From an uncultured Clostridia bacterium (GTDB lineage: Bacteria > Bacillota > Clostridia > TANB77 > CAG-508), in the NCBI GenBank assembly GCA_934149075.1, contig CAKPDR010000009.1, positions 1,565 to 65,564 on the forward strand: a DNA stretch of 64,000 nt, read 5' to 3'. Each line of letters starts with the position of its first letter. The stretch's first letter is position 1. Shown piece after piece: positions 1 through 10,010 of this stretch. A program made the translations under genes and the position numbers. The notes beneath the pieces are model-generated. The model saw nothing but the letters and a program-made list of their open reading frames with translations. It did not search any database and was not told the origin of the DNA.

Positions 1-65
1 GCTTTTAACGCTCCTATATGTGCTGCTGCTTTTATTCCTCCTCCTGATAATGCTAGACCTTTCAT
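1..65 (-). CDS. Patatin-like phospholipase, N-terminal 21 codons only (gene continues past the left window edge)
   Basis: Reverse strand has RBS GGAGGA then ATG; translation is MKGLALSGGGIKAAAHIGALK, which carries the patatin GGGxKxxxHIGxLK oxyanion motif. Confidence 0.5.
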   Translation of the reverse strand, partial: MKGLALSGGGIKAAAHIGALK

Positions 66-182
66 ACTCATCCTCCCAATCAAATAATTTATATTTATTA
101 TATGAAAGTCCATTAAAATTGTTATAATTTTATACATATAAAAGAAACCACATTTGTCTCAAATCAAATATGGCTTCTTTTA

Positions 183-305
183 TTATATTTTTACATACTG
201 TACCATTTTTACAATTTCATAAATCATAAAAAAATTAGCTCCAGTAAGAATCAAAAAAGATATTACTGCAAATGAAAGCATTTTGTGTTTTCTAAAAAAT
301 TTCAT
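183..305 (-). CDS. Small hydrophobic 40-aa ORF, not in the ORF track: MKFFRKHKMLSFAVISFLILTGANFFMIYEIVKMVQYVKI
   Basis: Strong RBS GGGGAGG 8 nt upstream of the ATG; predicted membrane peptide. Confidence 0.3.
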   Translation of the reverse strand: MKFFRKHKMLSFAVISFLILTGANFFMIYEIVKMVQYVKI

Positions 306-467
306 ATAAAAACCTCCCCAAAAAGCAACTCGCGCTTTTAATATTAATTATAGCTACTTAATTTACAACATGTCCATAATAATATTTATATGTGAGATTT
401 TTTATAGTATTCTTAAAAAACAATGATTTTCATCGCAATAATCTACAAATTATATTATAAAATATAT

Positions 468-527
468 GTAAGTGGTGTCCCCACTGGTAAATTTTTTTAC
501 CATTAATGAGTGTCCCTATTGGTAAAA
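468..527. repeat. Two units of the dispersed REP-like palindromic repeat (core GTGTCCCnAnTGGTAA / TTACCAnTnGGGACAC)
   Basis: Same motif is found at 7776-8052 and 17876-18013; it is intergenic, downstream of uvrC. Confidence 0.6.
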
Positions 528-2302
528 TTTAATATCCTTTGTGCTAAACTTTCATTAATTCCACTTATTTTAGTCAATTCTTCAATACTAGAATTTTTTA
601 TTTTTTCAACACTTCCAAAATGTTTTAATAATGCCTTTTTCTTTAATTCACCAATCCCTTCTATTTCGTCCAGCTCTGATTTAGTGATATCACTATCTCT
701 AAGTTTTCTATGATATGAAATTGCTGTGTCATGTACTTCATCTTGAAATTTTGTTATTAAATTTTTTAAGTTTTCTGAAATTGGTAATTCAATTCTATTT
801 TCATTCATCAACGCCCTAGTTTGATGTTTATCATTCTTTACCATACCAAAAACAGGAATATTTAATTCATATTTTGCTATTGCAGTTTTGGTTGCTCTTA
901 TTTGTGTAATACCTCCATCTGCAAAAATCACATCTGGTAGTCTGCCAAATCCACTAGAATCTGTATTTATTGAATGTTTTAATCTTCTTGTGATAACTTC
1001 TTCCATACATCTTGGGTCATCTTGACCATATACTGTTTTTATTTTAAATCTTCTTGACATATTTCTTTTTATTACACCATCTGCCATTACACACATTCCT
1101 GCAACTATATATTCTCCTGATATGTTTGAAATATCATATGTTTCTATTTTTCTTGGTAACTTGTCTAAACCAAGCACTTCTTTTAATTCTACTAAAATTT
1201 CACTTTTATCTCTTTCTTTATTATCTAATGTAATTTTTGCATTATTGTCTGCCATTTCAACAAAACGTAGTTTTTCACCTTTTTTAGGAGATTTAATTTC
1301 TACTTTTCTTCCCGCTTCTTTACTTAACCATTCTTCTATTGCATTTTTATCTTCTAATTCTTCTCTTACCATTATTTTATTGGGAAGATTTTGTGCATCC
1401 ATATAATATTGCTTTATAAATCCTGATATTATTTCTTTATCTTCCATTTCTTTTAAGTCTTGGAAAAAATAATGTTCCCTTCCTACCATTTTGCTTCCAC
1501 GTACAAAAAAGATTTCTACACATACTTCTATTTCTGATTTAGCAATCCCTATTACGTCTATATTGTTTTCTGTTATGTTTGAAACTTTTTGTTTTTCATT
1601 TACTCTTTCTATCGCTAACATCCTATCTCTTATATATGCCGCTTTTTCATAATTCATATTATTTGCTTCTTCTATCATTTGATTTTGTAAGTCTTTTAAT
1701 ACTTTACTTACTTTTCCATCTAATATATCTATTATCTCATCTATTTGTTTTCTATAATCTTCTTTAGATACATATCCCATACATGGTCCTAAACATCTAT
1801 TTATATGATAGTTTAAGCATGCTCTTGTTTCTGATCTAAAACTTTTACATTGTCGAATTTTGTATTTTTGTTTTATAAAATCTAACATTTCTTTTGCTGC
1901 ACCAGGATTTGCATATGGTCCAAAATATTTAGAACCATCATTTACAATTCTTCTTGTTATTACAACATTAGGATAGTCTGATTTTACATCTATTTTTATA
2001 TATGGGTATGTTTTATCATCTTTTAGTAATACATTAAACTTTGGTCTATTCTTTTTTATTAAATTGCATTCTAATATTAATGCTTCTGCTTCATTATCAA
2101 CTACTATATATTCAAAATGATCTATTAATGATACCATTCTTTTTATTCTTTCAGTTTTGTCTGTTTTTCTAAAATATGATTTTACTCTGTTTTTTAAATT
2201 TACTGCTTTTCCTACATATATTATCTTGTCTTCTGCATCATGCATAATATATACACCTGGTTTGTTGGGTAACATTTTTAGTTGTTCTTCTATGTTAAAC
2301 AT
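503..2302 (-). CDS. uvrC: Excinuclease ABC subunit C
   Basis: 599 aa; N-terminal GIY-YIG (GVYIMHDAEDKIIYVGKAVNLKNRVKSYF), UvrC central domain, C-terminal HhH; RBS AAGGAGGAAA upstream. Confidence 0.95.
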   Translation of the reverse strand: MFNIEEQLKMLPNKPGVYIMHDAEDKIIYVGKAVNLKNRVKSYFRKTDKTERIKRMVSLIDHFEYIVVDNEAEALILECNLIKKNRPKFNVLLKDDKTYPYIKIDVKSDYPNVVITRRIVNDGSKYFGPYANPGAAKEMLDFIKQKYKIRQCKSFRSETRACLNYHINRCLGPCMGYVSKEDYRKQIDEIIDILDGKVSKVLKDLQNQMIEEANNMNYEKAAYIRDRMLAIERVNEKQKVSNITENNIDVIGIAKSEIEVCVEIFFVRGSKMVGREHYFFQDLKEMEDKEIISGFIKQYYMDAQNLPNKIMVREELEDKNAIEEWLSKEAGRKVEIKSPKKGEKLRFVEMADNNAKITLDNKERDKSEILVELKEVLGLDKLPRKIETYDISNISGEYIVAGMCVMADGVIKRNMSRRFKIKTVYGQDDPRCMEEVITRRLKHSINTDSSGFGRLPDVIFADGGITQIRATKTAIAKYELNIPVFGMVKNDKHQTRALMNENRIELPISENLKNLITKFQDEVHDTAISYHRKLRDSDITKSELDEIEGIGELKKKALLKHFGSVEKIKNSSIEELTKISGINESLAQRILNFTNRDTH

Positions 2303-2492
2303 TTATTTTCCTCCTTTCGTTCATCTCTTCTTTACTCTATTATGATAAACTATTTTTACTCTTTTTGCAATAGCTTTATATATTGTTGCATTATTTCAAA
2401 ATAAGTATTTACAATTTCCCATTAATTTAATATAATAATTAAGCAAACTTGTTGACGTCCCATACTTTTAGTAATCTATGGAGGATCAAAAT

Positions 2493-2660
2493 ATGGCTAT
2501 TTATATAATTTTGTGCATATTTTTTTTAGCATTAGGAATTTTTATGCCTTTTAAGGATAAGTATGCAGGTCCTTGTGATTTCGGCATAGATGATGTTTTG
2601 CGTATAGTATGTATTAGTCTAGCATTAATTTTTTTTAAAGCTATTCTATCAAATATGTAA
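2493..2660 (+). CDS. Small membrane protein, 55 aa counted from the second ATG (the ORF-track ORF starts at 2478)
   Basis: GGAGGAT RBS 6 nt before the ATG at 2493; hydrophobic helix; followed by an intrinsic terminator. Confidence 0.4.
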   Translation: MAIYIILCIFFLALGIFMPFKDKYAGPCDFGIDDVLRIVCISLALIFFKAILSNM

Positions 2661-2663
2661 TAA

Positions 2664-2700
2664 TTATTAAAATTGCTCAAGGGACGGAGCAATTTTATTT
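2664..2700 (+). terminator. Rho-independent terminator (ATTGCTC..GAGCAAT stem followed by a T-run)
   Basis: Hairpin then TTTTATTTTGTTTT directly after the small ORF. Confidence 0.55.
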
Positions 2701-2829
2701 TGTTTTATACAATTTATAAAAAATTTTTAAATCCCCCAAAAAACACTTGTAACTTTTTACATTTTGCTATAATATATTAAAGTAAATTGAAATATACTAA
2801 ATTCATAGAAAGGAGTATTATCTTTAAAT

Positions 2830-2990
2830 ATATTCAAGCGCCAGAACACTTTGATCTTTGTGTTGACGAGGTCTAGAGTTATCGATTTTTCGGCGGATGC
2901 TCTAGTGGATTGCTTAATCCATAGTATTAAACAAAAATTAGCAGTAATGCTATAACAGACATTAATACATAAGCAGTATATTTCAATTCC
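2830..2990 (+). ncRNA. glmS ribozyme: glmS ribozyme (GlcN6P-dependent self-cleaving riboswitch) in the glmS leader
   Basis: Hallmark cleavage-site/core sequence A|GCGCCAGAACU..UUGACGAGG..GUUAUCGAUUUUUCGGCGGAUGC, with cleavage predicted between A2837 and G2838, directly upstream of glmS. Confidence 0.85.
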
Positions 2991-3017
2991 ACAATTTTTT
3001 ATCAAGGAGGATTCACT

Positions 3018-4859
3018 ATGTGTGGAATTATTGGATATATAGGACATAAAAAAGCAAGTCCTATATTAATTAATGGTCTTTTAAGACTAGAATATAGAGG
3101 ATATGATTCAGCAGGAATTTCTACTGTTGAAAAAAATGGATTATCTATTATGAAAGACAAAGGAAGAGTTAAAAATCTATATAATTTAGATGGAATTGAT
3201 GATTTAACAGGAACTATTGGTATTGCTCATACAAGATGGGCAACACATGGAAAACCATCTAAAGAAAATTCTCATCCTCATTTAGATAATAGTAATAATT
3301 TTTCTGTTGTTCATAATGGAATTATTGAAAATTATAATGACCTAAGAAAATTTTTAATTGATAATGGCTATACTTTCCGTTCTCAAACAGATACAGAAGT
3401 TATACCAAATCTTATACATTATTATTATTCAAAAGATACAAAAAATGATGATTTAAAAGTTTTGCGTGCAGTTCAAAAAGCGTGTATGGATTTAAAAGGT
3501 AGTTTTGCTATTCAAGTGATTTCAAGCTTTATGCCTGATAATATGATTGTTATTAGAAAAGATAGCCCACTTGTTATTGGTAAGGGTGATGGAGAAAATT
3601 ATATTTCTTCTGATATTCCTGCAATCCTATCATTTACTAGAGATTTTTACCTTTTAAATGATTATGAATTTGCTGTTCTTTCTAGAGATACAGTTGATTT
3701 TTATGATATTAATTTAAATAAAATTGTTAAACCTATAAAAACTATTGATTGGAGTGCAAGTAGTGCTGATAAAAATGGTTATGAGGATTATATGTTAAAG
3801 GAAATTTATGAGCAACCTAACTCTGTTAGAGAAACAATAGGTTCTCGTCTACCTGAAAACGAACCTTGTAATTTTGATGATTTAAATTTTACTAAAGAAT
3901 TTTTATCAAGTATAAACAAAATGTATATTGTTGCATGTGGTACAGCAATGCACGCTGGACTTTCAGGTAAATCTGCAATTGAAAAACTTTGCAATATACC
4001 AGTTACTGTTGATATTGCATCTGAATTTAGATATAGAAACCCTATTATTGATAAAAATACTTTATGTATTTATATCTCTCAATCAGGAGAAACAGCGGAT
4101 ACTATTGCTGCATTGAAACTTGCAAAATCTAAAGGTGCTACAACTTTAGCTATTTCAAATGTTATTGGTAGTTCAATTACAAGAGAAGCTGATTATTGTA
4201 TTTATACTCATGCTGGTCCAGAAATTGCTGTTGCTTCAACTAAAGCATATACTGCTCAAGTTGTTTTACTTAATATTTTAGCTGTATACTTTGCAGAAAT
4301 TTTAGAAAGTACTTCAATTTTCGAATTAAAAGATATAAAGTCAGAAATTTCAGCTCTCCCTTCAAAAATTGAAATAGCACTAAAATCTGCTAATAGAATA
4401 GAAGATTTTGCAAAAAATATTTATCAAGAAAAAGATGTATTTTTCTTAGGTAGAGGTGTGGATTACAATACTGCTTTAGAAGGTTCTTTGAAATTAAAAG
4501 AAATTTCATATATTCATTCTGAAGCATATGCTGCTGGTGAATTAAAACATGGTCCAATTGCTTTAATTGAAAATGGTATTACTGTTATTAGTATTATAAC
4601 AGATAAAAACTTAGTTGAAAAAACTATTAGTAATATTCAAGAGGTTATTACCCGTGGTGCAAAAACTTTGGTTGTTACAAATCAAGAATTGCCAAGTAAT
4701 AATATCGATACAATTATTACTGTTCCTGATACTAATGTTTTACTATCACCTATCTTATCAATTGTTCCTTTACAATTACTTTCTTATTTTATTTCAAAAG
4801 AAAAAGGATTGGATGTTGATAAACCTAGAAATCTTGCAAAATCAGTTACAGTTGAATAA
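3018..4859 (+). CDS. glmS: Glutamine--fructose-6-phosphate aminotransferase
   Basis: 613 aa; N-terminal MCGIIGYIG (Cys2 Ntn amidotransferase), two SIS domains, C-terminal KSVTVE; RBS AAGGAGG. Confidence 0.97.
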   Translation: MCGIIGYIGHKKASPILINGLLRLEYRGYDSAGISTVEKNGLSIMKDKGRVKNLYNLDGIDDLTGTIGIAHTRWATHGKPSKENSHPHLDNSNNFSVVHNGIIENYNDLRKFLIDNGYTFRSQTDTEVIPNLIHYYYSKDTKNDDLKVLRAVQKACMDLKGSFAIQVISSFMPDNMIVIRKDSPLVIGKGDGENYISSDIPAILSFTRDFYLLNDYEFAVLSRDTVDFYDINLNKIVKPIKTIDWSASSADKNGYEDYMLKEIYEQPNSVRETIGSRLPENEPCNFDDLNFTKEFLSSINKMYIVACGTAMHAGLSGKSAIEKLCNIPVTVDIASEFRYRNPIIDKNTLCIYISQSGETADTIAALKLAKSKGATTLAISNVIGSSITREADYCIYTHAGPEIAVASTKAYTAQVVLLNILAVYFAEILESTSIFELKDIKSEISALPSKIEIALKSANRIEDFAKNIYQEKDVFFLGRGVDYNTALEGSLKLKEISYIHSEAYAAGELKHGPIALIENGITVISIITDKNLVEKTISNIQEVITRGAKTLVVTNQELPSNNIDTIITVPDTNVLLSPILSIVPLQLLSYFISKEKGLDVDKPRNLAKSVTVE

Positions 4860-4893
4860 ATTTTTAAAGGAGTTTACTATAAACTCCTCTCTT

Positions 4894-5667
4894 TTATTTA
4901 TAATATTTTTTTATATTTTCAAGTGCACTTTTTTCTAATCTTGAAACTTGAGCCTGAGAAATTCCAATTTCATCAGCAACTTCCATTTGTGTTCTTCCAT
5001 CAAAATATCTTTTCTTTATAATTTTCTTTTCTTTTTCATTTAATCTTTTAAGAGCTTCTGCAATTGTCATATTATCGGCCCAATTCTCATCACTGTTTTT
5101 TGTATCTTTTACTTGGTCCATTATAAATATACTTTCAGACCCATCATTATATATAGGTTCTTGTAACGATACTGGATCTTGTATAGCATCAAAACTAAAT
5201 GCAATTTCTTCTCTTTCTACTCCTAATTCTTTAGCAATTTCTTCAATTGTTGGTTCCCTTCCCTTTTCTTTATTAAATCTATCTTTATATTGTATTGCTT
5301 TATATGCTAAATCTCGTACTGACCTACTTACTCTAATACTATTATTATCTCTTAAATATCTCCTTATCTCTCCTATTATCATTGGTACAGCATATGTTGA
5401 AAACTGTACGCCTTGACTTAAATCAAAATTATCAATCGATTTTATTAAACCTATACATCCTATTTGGAACAAATCATCTGCATTTTCGCCTCTACCATAA
5501 AACCTTTGTATTACACTTAATACTAATCTTAAGTTTCCTCTTATAAACTCTGCTCTTGCTTCTTCATCTCCTTGTTTTATCTTGATAAATAGTTCATCTT
5601 TTTCTTTATTTGTTAGTACTGGTAGTTTAGAGGTATTAACTCCACAAATCTCTACCTTGTTAATCAA
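4894..5667 (-). CDS. sigG: Sporulation sigma factor SigG; the ORF-track ORF is over-extended, and the real start is a TTG at 5667
   Basis: Near-identical blocks to B. subtilis SigG (NKVEICGVNTSKLPVL, GNLRLVLSVIQRF, FSTYAVPMIIGEIRRYLRDN, AIQDPVSLQEPIYNDG); GGGAGG RBS 8 nt upstream of TTG-ATT-AAC-AAG-GTA (LINKVEICG). Confidence 0.88.
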   Translation of the reverse strand: MINKVEICGVNTSKLPVLTNKEKDELFIKIKQGDEEARAEFIRGNLRLVLSVIQRFYGRGENADDLFQIGCIGLIKSIDNFDLSQGVQFSTYAVPMIIGEIRRYLRDNNSIRVSRSVRDLAYKAIQYKDRFNKEKGREPTIEEIAKELGVEREEIAFSFDAIQDPVSLQEPIYNDGSESIFIMDQVKDTKNSDENWADNMTIAEALKRLNEKEKKIIKKRYFDGRTQMEVADEIGISQAQVSRLEKSALENIKKYYK

Positions 5668-5725
5668 ATAAAAAACCTCCCTTTGGAAAATAACGTTATT
5701 ATAATTATTTCCAAAGAGAGCATTT

Positions 5726-7438
5726 TTATTCTTTATATGTTTTTTTATTTGCAAATTCTTTTAGTTTATTTTCAACTTCTTCCGCAGAAAATAAACCTAA
5801 AACTTCTTGTGCAAGCTCTTTACAATCATATTTCTCTAGTTCACTGATTCTTTTTCTAGCTTTTAATATACTATTTGAGTTCATAGAAAATTCATCTAAT
5901 CCAAGTCCAATTAATAATGGTATATATAGCTCGTCTCCAGCGGCTTCTCCACACATTCCACAGAATATTCCTGCATCATGTGCTCCATCTATTGCTAGTT
6001 TTATAAGTCTTATTACTGACGGATGAAATTTCGTATATAACTTTGATATCTTTTCATTTCCTCTTTCTGCTGCAACAGTATATTGAATCAAATCATTTGT
6101 TCCTATGCTAAAAAAGTCACATTCTTTTGCTAATCCATAAGCAATTAAAGCTGTTGATGGAATCTCTATCATTATACCAACTTTTATATGTTTTTTATAT
6201 GGTATATTTTTAGCGTCTAGTTCTTCTTTACATTCTTCTAATATCTTTTTAGCATCTCTTAATTCTTCAATTGAAGATATCATTGGGAACATTATTGATA
6301 GGTTTCCATAGGCACTTGCTCTTAATATTGCTTTTAATTGTATTTTGAATATTGCTATATTATCTAAGCATAAACGTATTGCTCTATATCCTAAAAATGG
6401 ATTTGCTTCTTTATCTAAATGTAAGTATTTTAATTCTTTATCTCCACCAACATCTAATGTTCTTATTATTACAGGCCTATCTTCCATTTTTTCTGCAACA
6501 GCTTTATATGCATTAAATTGTTCTTCTTCAGTTGGCATGTTTTCACTATCCATGTATAAAAATTCGCTTCTCAATAACCCTACACCTTCAGCTGTATTTT
6601 TTAAAGCTATGTCTGCATCAGCTGGTGTTCCAATATTAGCAACTAATTCAACTACATATCCATCAATTGTTTTTGTTACAGCATCTTTAAATTGTTCTAA
6701 TTCTTCTTTTTCTTTTATTAATTCATTTTTTATTTCTTCTAATTTTTCTTTTTCTTCTTTAGTTGGATTTAAATATATTTCACCTTTTTCACCATCTATT
6801 GCAACATAATCTCCTGTTCTAAGAATTTTTGTAGCTTCTTCTACTTTTGTTATAGCAGGAATTGCATGTGTTCTCGCCATTATAGATGTATGTGAATTTG
6901 TTCCTCCTAATTCTGTTATTATTCCAACTACATTTTCAAAATCCAATTTTGCAGTATCTGATGTTGTTAATTCTGTTGCAACAATTATTGTATCAGGATC
7001 TAATTTACTTATATTAACAGTTTCCTCATTAAATAATTTCGCAATTATTCTATTTTTGATATCTGCAATATCTCTTGCCCTTCCTGCCATATATTCATCA
7101 TCCATGTTTTCAAAAATTTGTATTACACTATTAAAGCCAATTTCTACTGCATATTCTGCACTATAATTTAAATTCGTTATTGCATTTTCAGTTTCTGTAG
7201 TTAGTGTTGGATCTTGCATTATCATTAAGTAAGCACTCATTATCTCTTTTTCTGTCCCACTTGATGAATTTACAATTTCTTCTGTTTCTTTTGTTACTTG
7301 CTCAAGTGCTTCTTTAAATCTTTTCATTTCTTTTTCAGAATCTTCTACTGTCTTTTTTTCAATTTGTCTTTCTTGATTTTTTAAAACAACTATTGTTCCA
7401 AATCCGATTCCTGTAGACACACCTTTTCCTCTTATCAT
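5726..7438 (-). CDS. ptsI: Phosphoenolpyruvate-protein phosphotransferase (PTS enzyme I)
   Basis: 570 aa; PEP-utilising enzyme domains; conserved GGxTSHxAIxAR-like segment (GGTNSHTSIMAR); RBS AGGAGGAAAC. Confidence 0.95.
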   Translation of the reverse strand: MIRGKGVSTGIGFGTIVVLKNQERQIEKKTVEDSEKEMKRFKEALEQVTKETEEIVNSSSGTEKEIMSAYLMIMQDPTLTTETENAITNLNYSAEYAVEIGFNSVIQIFENMDDEYMAGRARDIADIKNRIIAKLFNEETVNISKLDPDTIIVATELTTSDTAKLDFENVVGIITELGGTNSHTSIMARTHAIPAITKVEEATKILRTGDYVAIDGEKGEIYLNPTKEEKEKLEEIKNELIKEKEELEQFKDAVTKTIDGYVVELVANIGTPADADIALKNTAEGVGLLRSEFLYMDSENMPTEEEQFNAYKAVAEKMEDRPVIIRTLDVGGDKELKYLHLDKEANPFLGYRAIRLCLDNIAIFKIQLKAILRASAYGNLSIMFPMISSIEELRDAKKILEECKEELDAKNIPYKKHIKVGIMIEIPSTALIAYGLAKECDFFSIGTNDLIQYTVAAERGNEKISKLYTKFHPSVIRLIKLAIDGAHDAGIFCGMCGEAAGDELYIPLLIGLGLDEFSMNSNSILKARKRISELEKYDCKELAQEVLGLFSAEEVENKLKEFANKKTYKE

Positions 7439-7489
7439 ATGTTTCCTCCTATATCACATTGTTTATATATTGTACATAAACTGTATGTT

Positions 7490-7753
7490 CTATTCTCCTA
7501 AATTATTTTTAAAAGCTTTTAAAATTTCTTCCATAGCTTTATCTTCATCTTCTCCATCACATTCAATTTCAATTTCAGTATTTGTTTTTATTCCCAAAGA
7601 CATTATTCCTAAAATTGATTTTGCACTTACTGTTTTTCCATTTGCATTTATATTTATATTACAATTAAATGTACCTGCTAATTTTGCTAATTCTCCTGCT
7701 GGTCTTGCATGTAGACCTGTTTCATTTTTTAAAACTACTTTTTCTTTTTTCAT
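7490..7753 (-). CDS. ptsH: Phosphocarrier protein HPr; the real start is the internal ATG, because the ORF-track 5' extension is read from the repeat array
   Basis: 88 aa MKKEKVVLKNETGLHARPAG (His15) ... KSILGIMSLG (Ser46); RBS AAAGGAAG upstream of the internal ATG. Confidence 0.9.
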   Translation of the reverse strand: MKKEKVVLKNETGLHARPAGELAKLAGTFNCNININANGKTVSAKSILGIMSLGIKTNTEIEIECDGEDEDKAMEEILKAFKNNLGE

Positions 7754-7775
7754 TTTTATAACTTCCTTTCTTACC

Positions 7776-8052
7776 AATGTTACCAGTAGGGACACCCATA
7801 AGTGGTCAAAATCTTTACCAATGGGGACACCCATAAGTGGTCAAAATCTTTACCAGTAGGGACACTCATTAATGGTAAAAGTTTATTATTTAATAATGTT
7901 TAAATAATAAATAATGAATATTAATATTAAATACTCTAACTTTTATTATACCTTTTACCATTAATGAGTGTCCCTACTGGTAAAGATTTTGACCACTTAT
8001 GGGTGTCCCTACTGGTAAAGATTTTAACCACTTATGGGTGTCCCTACTGGTA
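7776..8052. repeat. REP-like palindromic repeat array: three ~35-bp units, a ~65-bp AT-rich centre, then three units in inverted orientation
   Basis: Unit is TACCAGTAGGGACACCCATAAGTGGTCAAAATCTT and variants; the whole array is a large inverted repeat between the fruA 3' end and the ptsH promoter. Confidence 0.75.
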
Positions 8053-8060
8053 ACTCCAGA

Positions 8061-9977
8061 TTATTTTTTTTCATATTCTGGTAAATTATTTTTTAACATT
8101 GCCATAACAGCCATTGAAACTAATGATCCAATAATTATTGATACTAAATACCATATTGGATGTCCAACTGTTGCAATTACGAATATTCCTCCATGAGGTG
8201 CCATTAATGTACAATTAAATACCATTGACAATGCTCCTGTTACTGCTGATCCTGCAACAAATGCTGGTATTGTTCTTAATGGGTCTGCTGATGCAAATGG
8301 AATTGCACCTTCTGATATAAATGATAACCCCATTATATAATTTACATATGCTGCTTGTTTGTCTTTTTTTGCTATTTTCTTTGGGAAGAATGTTGCTAAT
8401 AATGCTATTGCTAATGGTGGTACCATTCCTCCTGCCATAACTGCTGCCATAATTTCATATTGCCCAGACGCTAACATTCCTGTTCCAAATGTATATGCTG
8501 CTTTGTTTACTGGTCCACCTAAATCTATTGCCATCATTCCTCCTAGAATTGCTCCTAGTAATACTTTATTTGCTGTACTCATTGATGATAAGTAATTATT
8601 TATTGCTGTGTTTATTGCTCCTACATATGGATTTATTAATAACATAAATGCACCCATTAACATTATTCCAAATACAGGATATAAAAGAATTGTTTTTATT
8701 CCTTCTATACTTTCTGGTAAATAACTACATATCTTCTTTAGTAATAATACTATATAACCACCAACAAAACCTGCTATTAATGCTCCTAAAAATCCTGAAC
8801 TAACAAGAACTACTGTGCTATCCGTTAATGATGCAAATGTTGTTCCCTGTACTGCTAATATTCCTCCAACAAACCCTACTGCTAATCCTGGTCTATCTGC
8901 AATACTCATTGCGATATATCCAGCTAAGATGTATAGCATTACATTAAATGCTGCTCCTCCTACTGTTTTAAAGAATGCAGCTAATGGTGTATTCATGCCA
9001 AAGTTTGAAGGATTTATTGAATAATCATCAAATAAGAATGCTAATGCTATTAATATTCCTCCACCTACAACAAATGGTAACATATGTGTTACACCATTCA
9101 TCAAGTGTTTATATACTTGTGTTCCAAATCCTTCTTTTTCATTATCATCTTCTTGATTACTCTTATTTGAAGAATGATATGTTTTTGCTTCTGGTGATAA
9201 TACATGTTCAATTAATTCTTGTGGTTTATTTATTCCATCTGCAACTTTTGCTTTTACTAGTTTTTTTCCGTCAAACCTTGATAAATCTACCTTTGTGTCT
9301 GCTGCAATTATTACAGCCTTTGCATTTTTTATTTCTTCTTTTGTGAATTTATTTTTCACTCCAGAAGATCCATGTGTTTCTACTTTTACTTTATGTCCTA
9401 ATTGTGCTCCCATTTTTTCTAGTGCTTCTGCTGCCATATACGTATGTGCAATTCCTGTTGGACACGATGTTATTGCTAATATTTCATATCCATCACTTTC
9501 TTGTTTTGTTTCTTTTAATTTCATTCTTTCGGCTCTATCTATGCACAACATAAATTCTGCTGGCGTTTCTGCATTTAGTAATTCTTTTCTAAATTCTGTA
9601 TCCATTAATAATGTTGATAGTCTACTTAACACGTCTAGGTGTACATTGTCTTTTGTATTCGGTGCTGCAATTAAAAATATTAATTTTGCAGGTTGTCCAT
9701 CTAAAGAATCAAAATTTACTCCATTTGGTATTACCATTGCTGATAATCCCGGTTTTGAAACTGCATTTGTTTTTCCATGTGGTATTGCGATTCCTTCTCC
9801 AATTCCAGTTGTTCCTTCTTCTTCTCTTTCCTTTACTACTCTTTTGTATTCTTCCTTGTTGATAATATTTCCATTGTTTGCCATTAAGTCAACCATTTGG
9901 TTAATTACTTCTTCTTTGCTATGTGCTACACCATTTAATTTGATGGCACTTGTACTTAACAAATCTGTAATTTTCAT
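8061..9977 (-). CDS. fruA: PTS fructose-specific IIABC component
   Basis: 638 aa; N-terminal IIA(Fru)-type domain (GIAIPHGK), then a IIB domain (ITSCPTGIAHTYMAAE), then a polytopic IIC domain. Confidence 0.9.
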   Translation of the reverse strand: MKITDLLSTSAIKLNGVAHSKEEVINQMVDLMANNGNIINKEEYKRVVKEREEEGTTGIGEGIAIPHGKTNAVSKPGLSAMVIPNGVNFDSLDGQPAKLIFLIAAPNTKDNVHLDVLSRLSTLLMDTEFRKELLNAETPAEFMLCIDRAERMKLKETKQESDGYEILAITSCPTGIAHTYMAAEALEKMGAQLGHKVKVETHGSSGVKNKFTKEEIKNAKAVIIAADTKVDLSRFDGKKLVKAKVADGINKPQELIEHVLSPEAKTYHSSNKSNQEDDNEKEGFGTQVYKHLMNGVTHMLPFVVGGGILIALAFLFDDYSINPSNFGMNTPLAAFFKTVGGAAFNVMLYILAGYIAMSIADRPGLAVGFVGGILAVQGTTFASLTDSTVVLVSSGFLGALIAGFVGGYIVLLLKKICSYLPESIEGIKTILLYPVFGIMLMGAFMLLINPYVGAINTAINNYLSSMSTANKVLLGAILGGMMAIDLGGPVNKAAYTFGTGMLASGQYEIMAAVMAGGMVPPLAIALLATFFPKKIAKKDKQAAYVNYIMGLSFISEGAIPFASADPLRTIPAFVAGSAVTGALSMVFNCTLMAPHGGIFVIATVGHPIWYLVSIIIGSLVSMAVMAMLKNNLPEYEKK

Positions 9978-10010
9978 ACTTTTATCATCCTTTCCTTTGT
10001 ATGTTTTAAT

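Noticed and set aside
5668-5754. ORF-track 5' extension of sigG (MQIKKHIKNKNALFGNNYNNVIFQREVFY) overlapping the ptsI 3' end
   Set aside because: There is no homology to SigG N-termini. GGGAGG plus TTG at 5667 gives the canonical LINKVEICG start, matching B. subtilis MSRNKVEICG.
7776-8052. Repeat array considered as a possible CRISPR locus
   Set aside because: The units are imperfect palindromes arranged as inverted arrays around an AT-rich centre, the 'spacers' are identical, and no cas genes are present; it is REP/MITE-like, not CRISPR.
7490-8196. ORF-track N-terminal extensions MGVPIGKDFDHLWVSLLVT.. (7490-7834, minus strand) and the 65-aa ORF 7999-8196 (+), plus MSVPTGKKGRK at 17895
   Set aside because: These peptides are translations of the REP-like repeat units, not protein. 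The real ptsH and DUF1294 starts are internal ATGs with proper RBSs.
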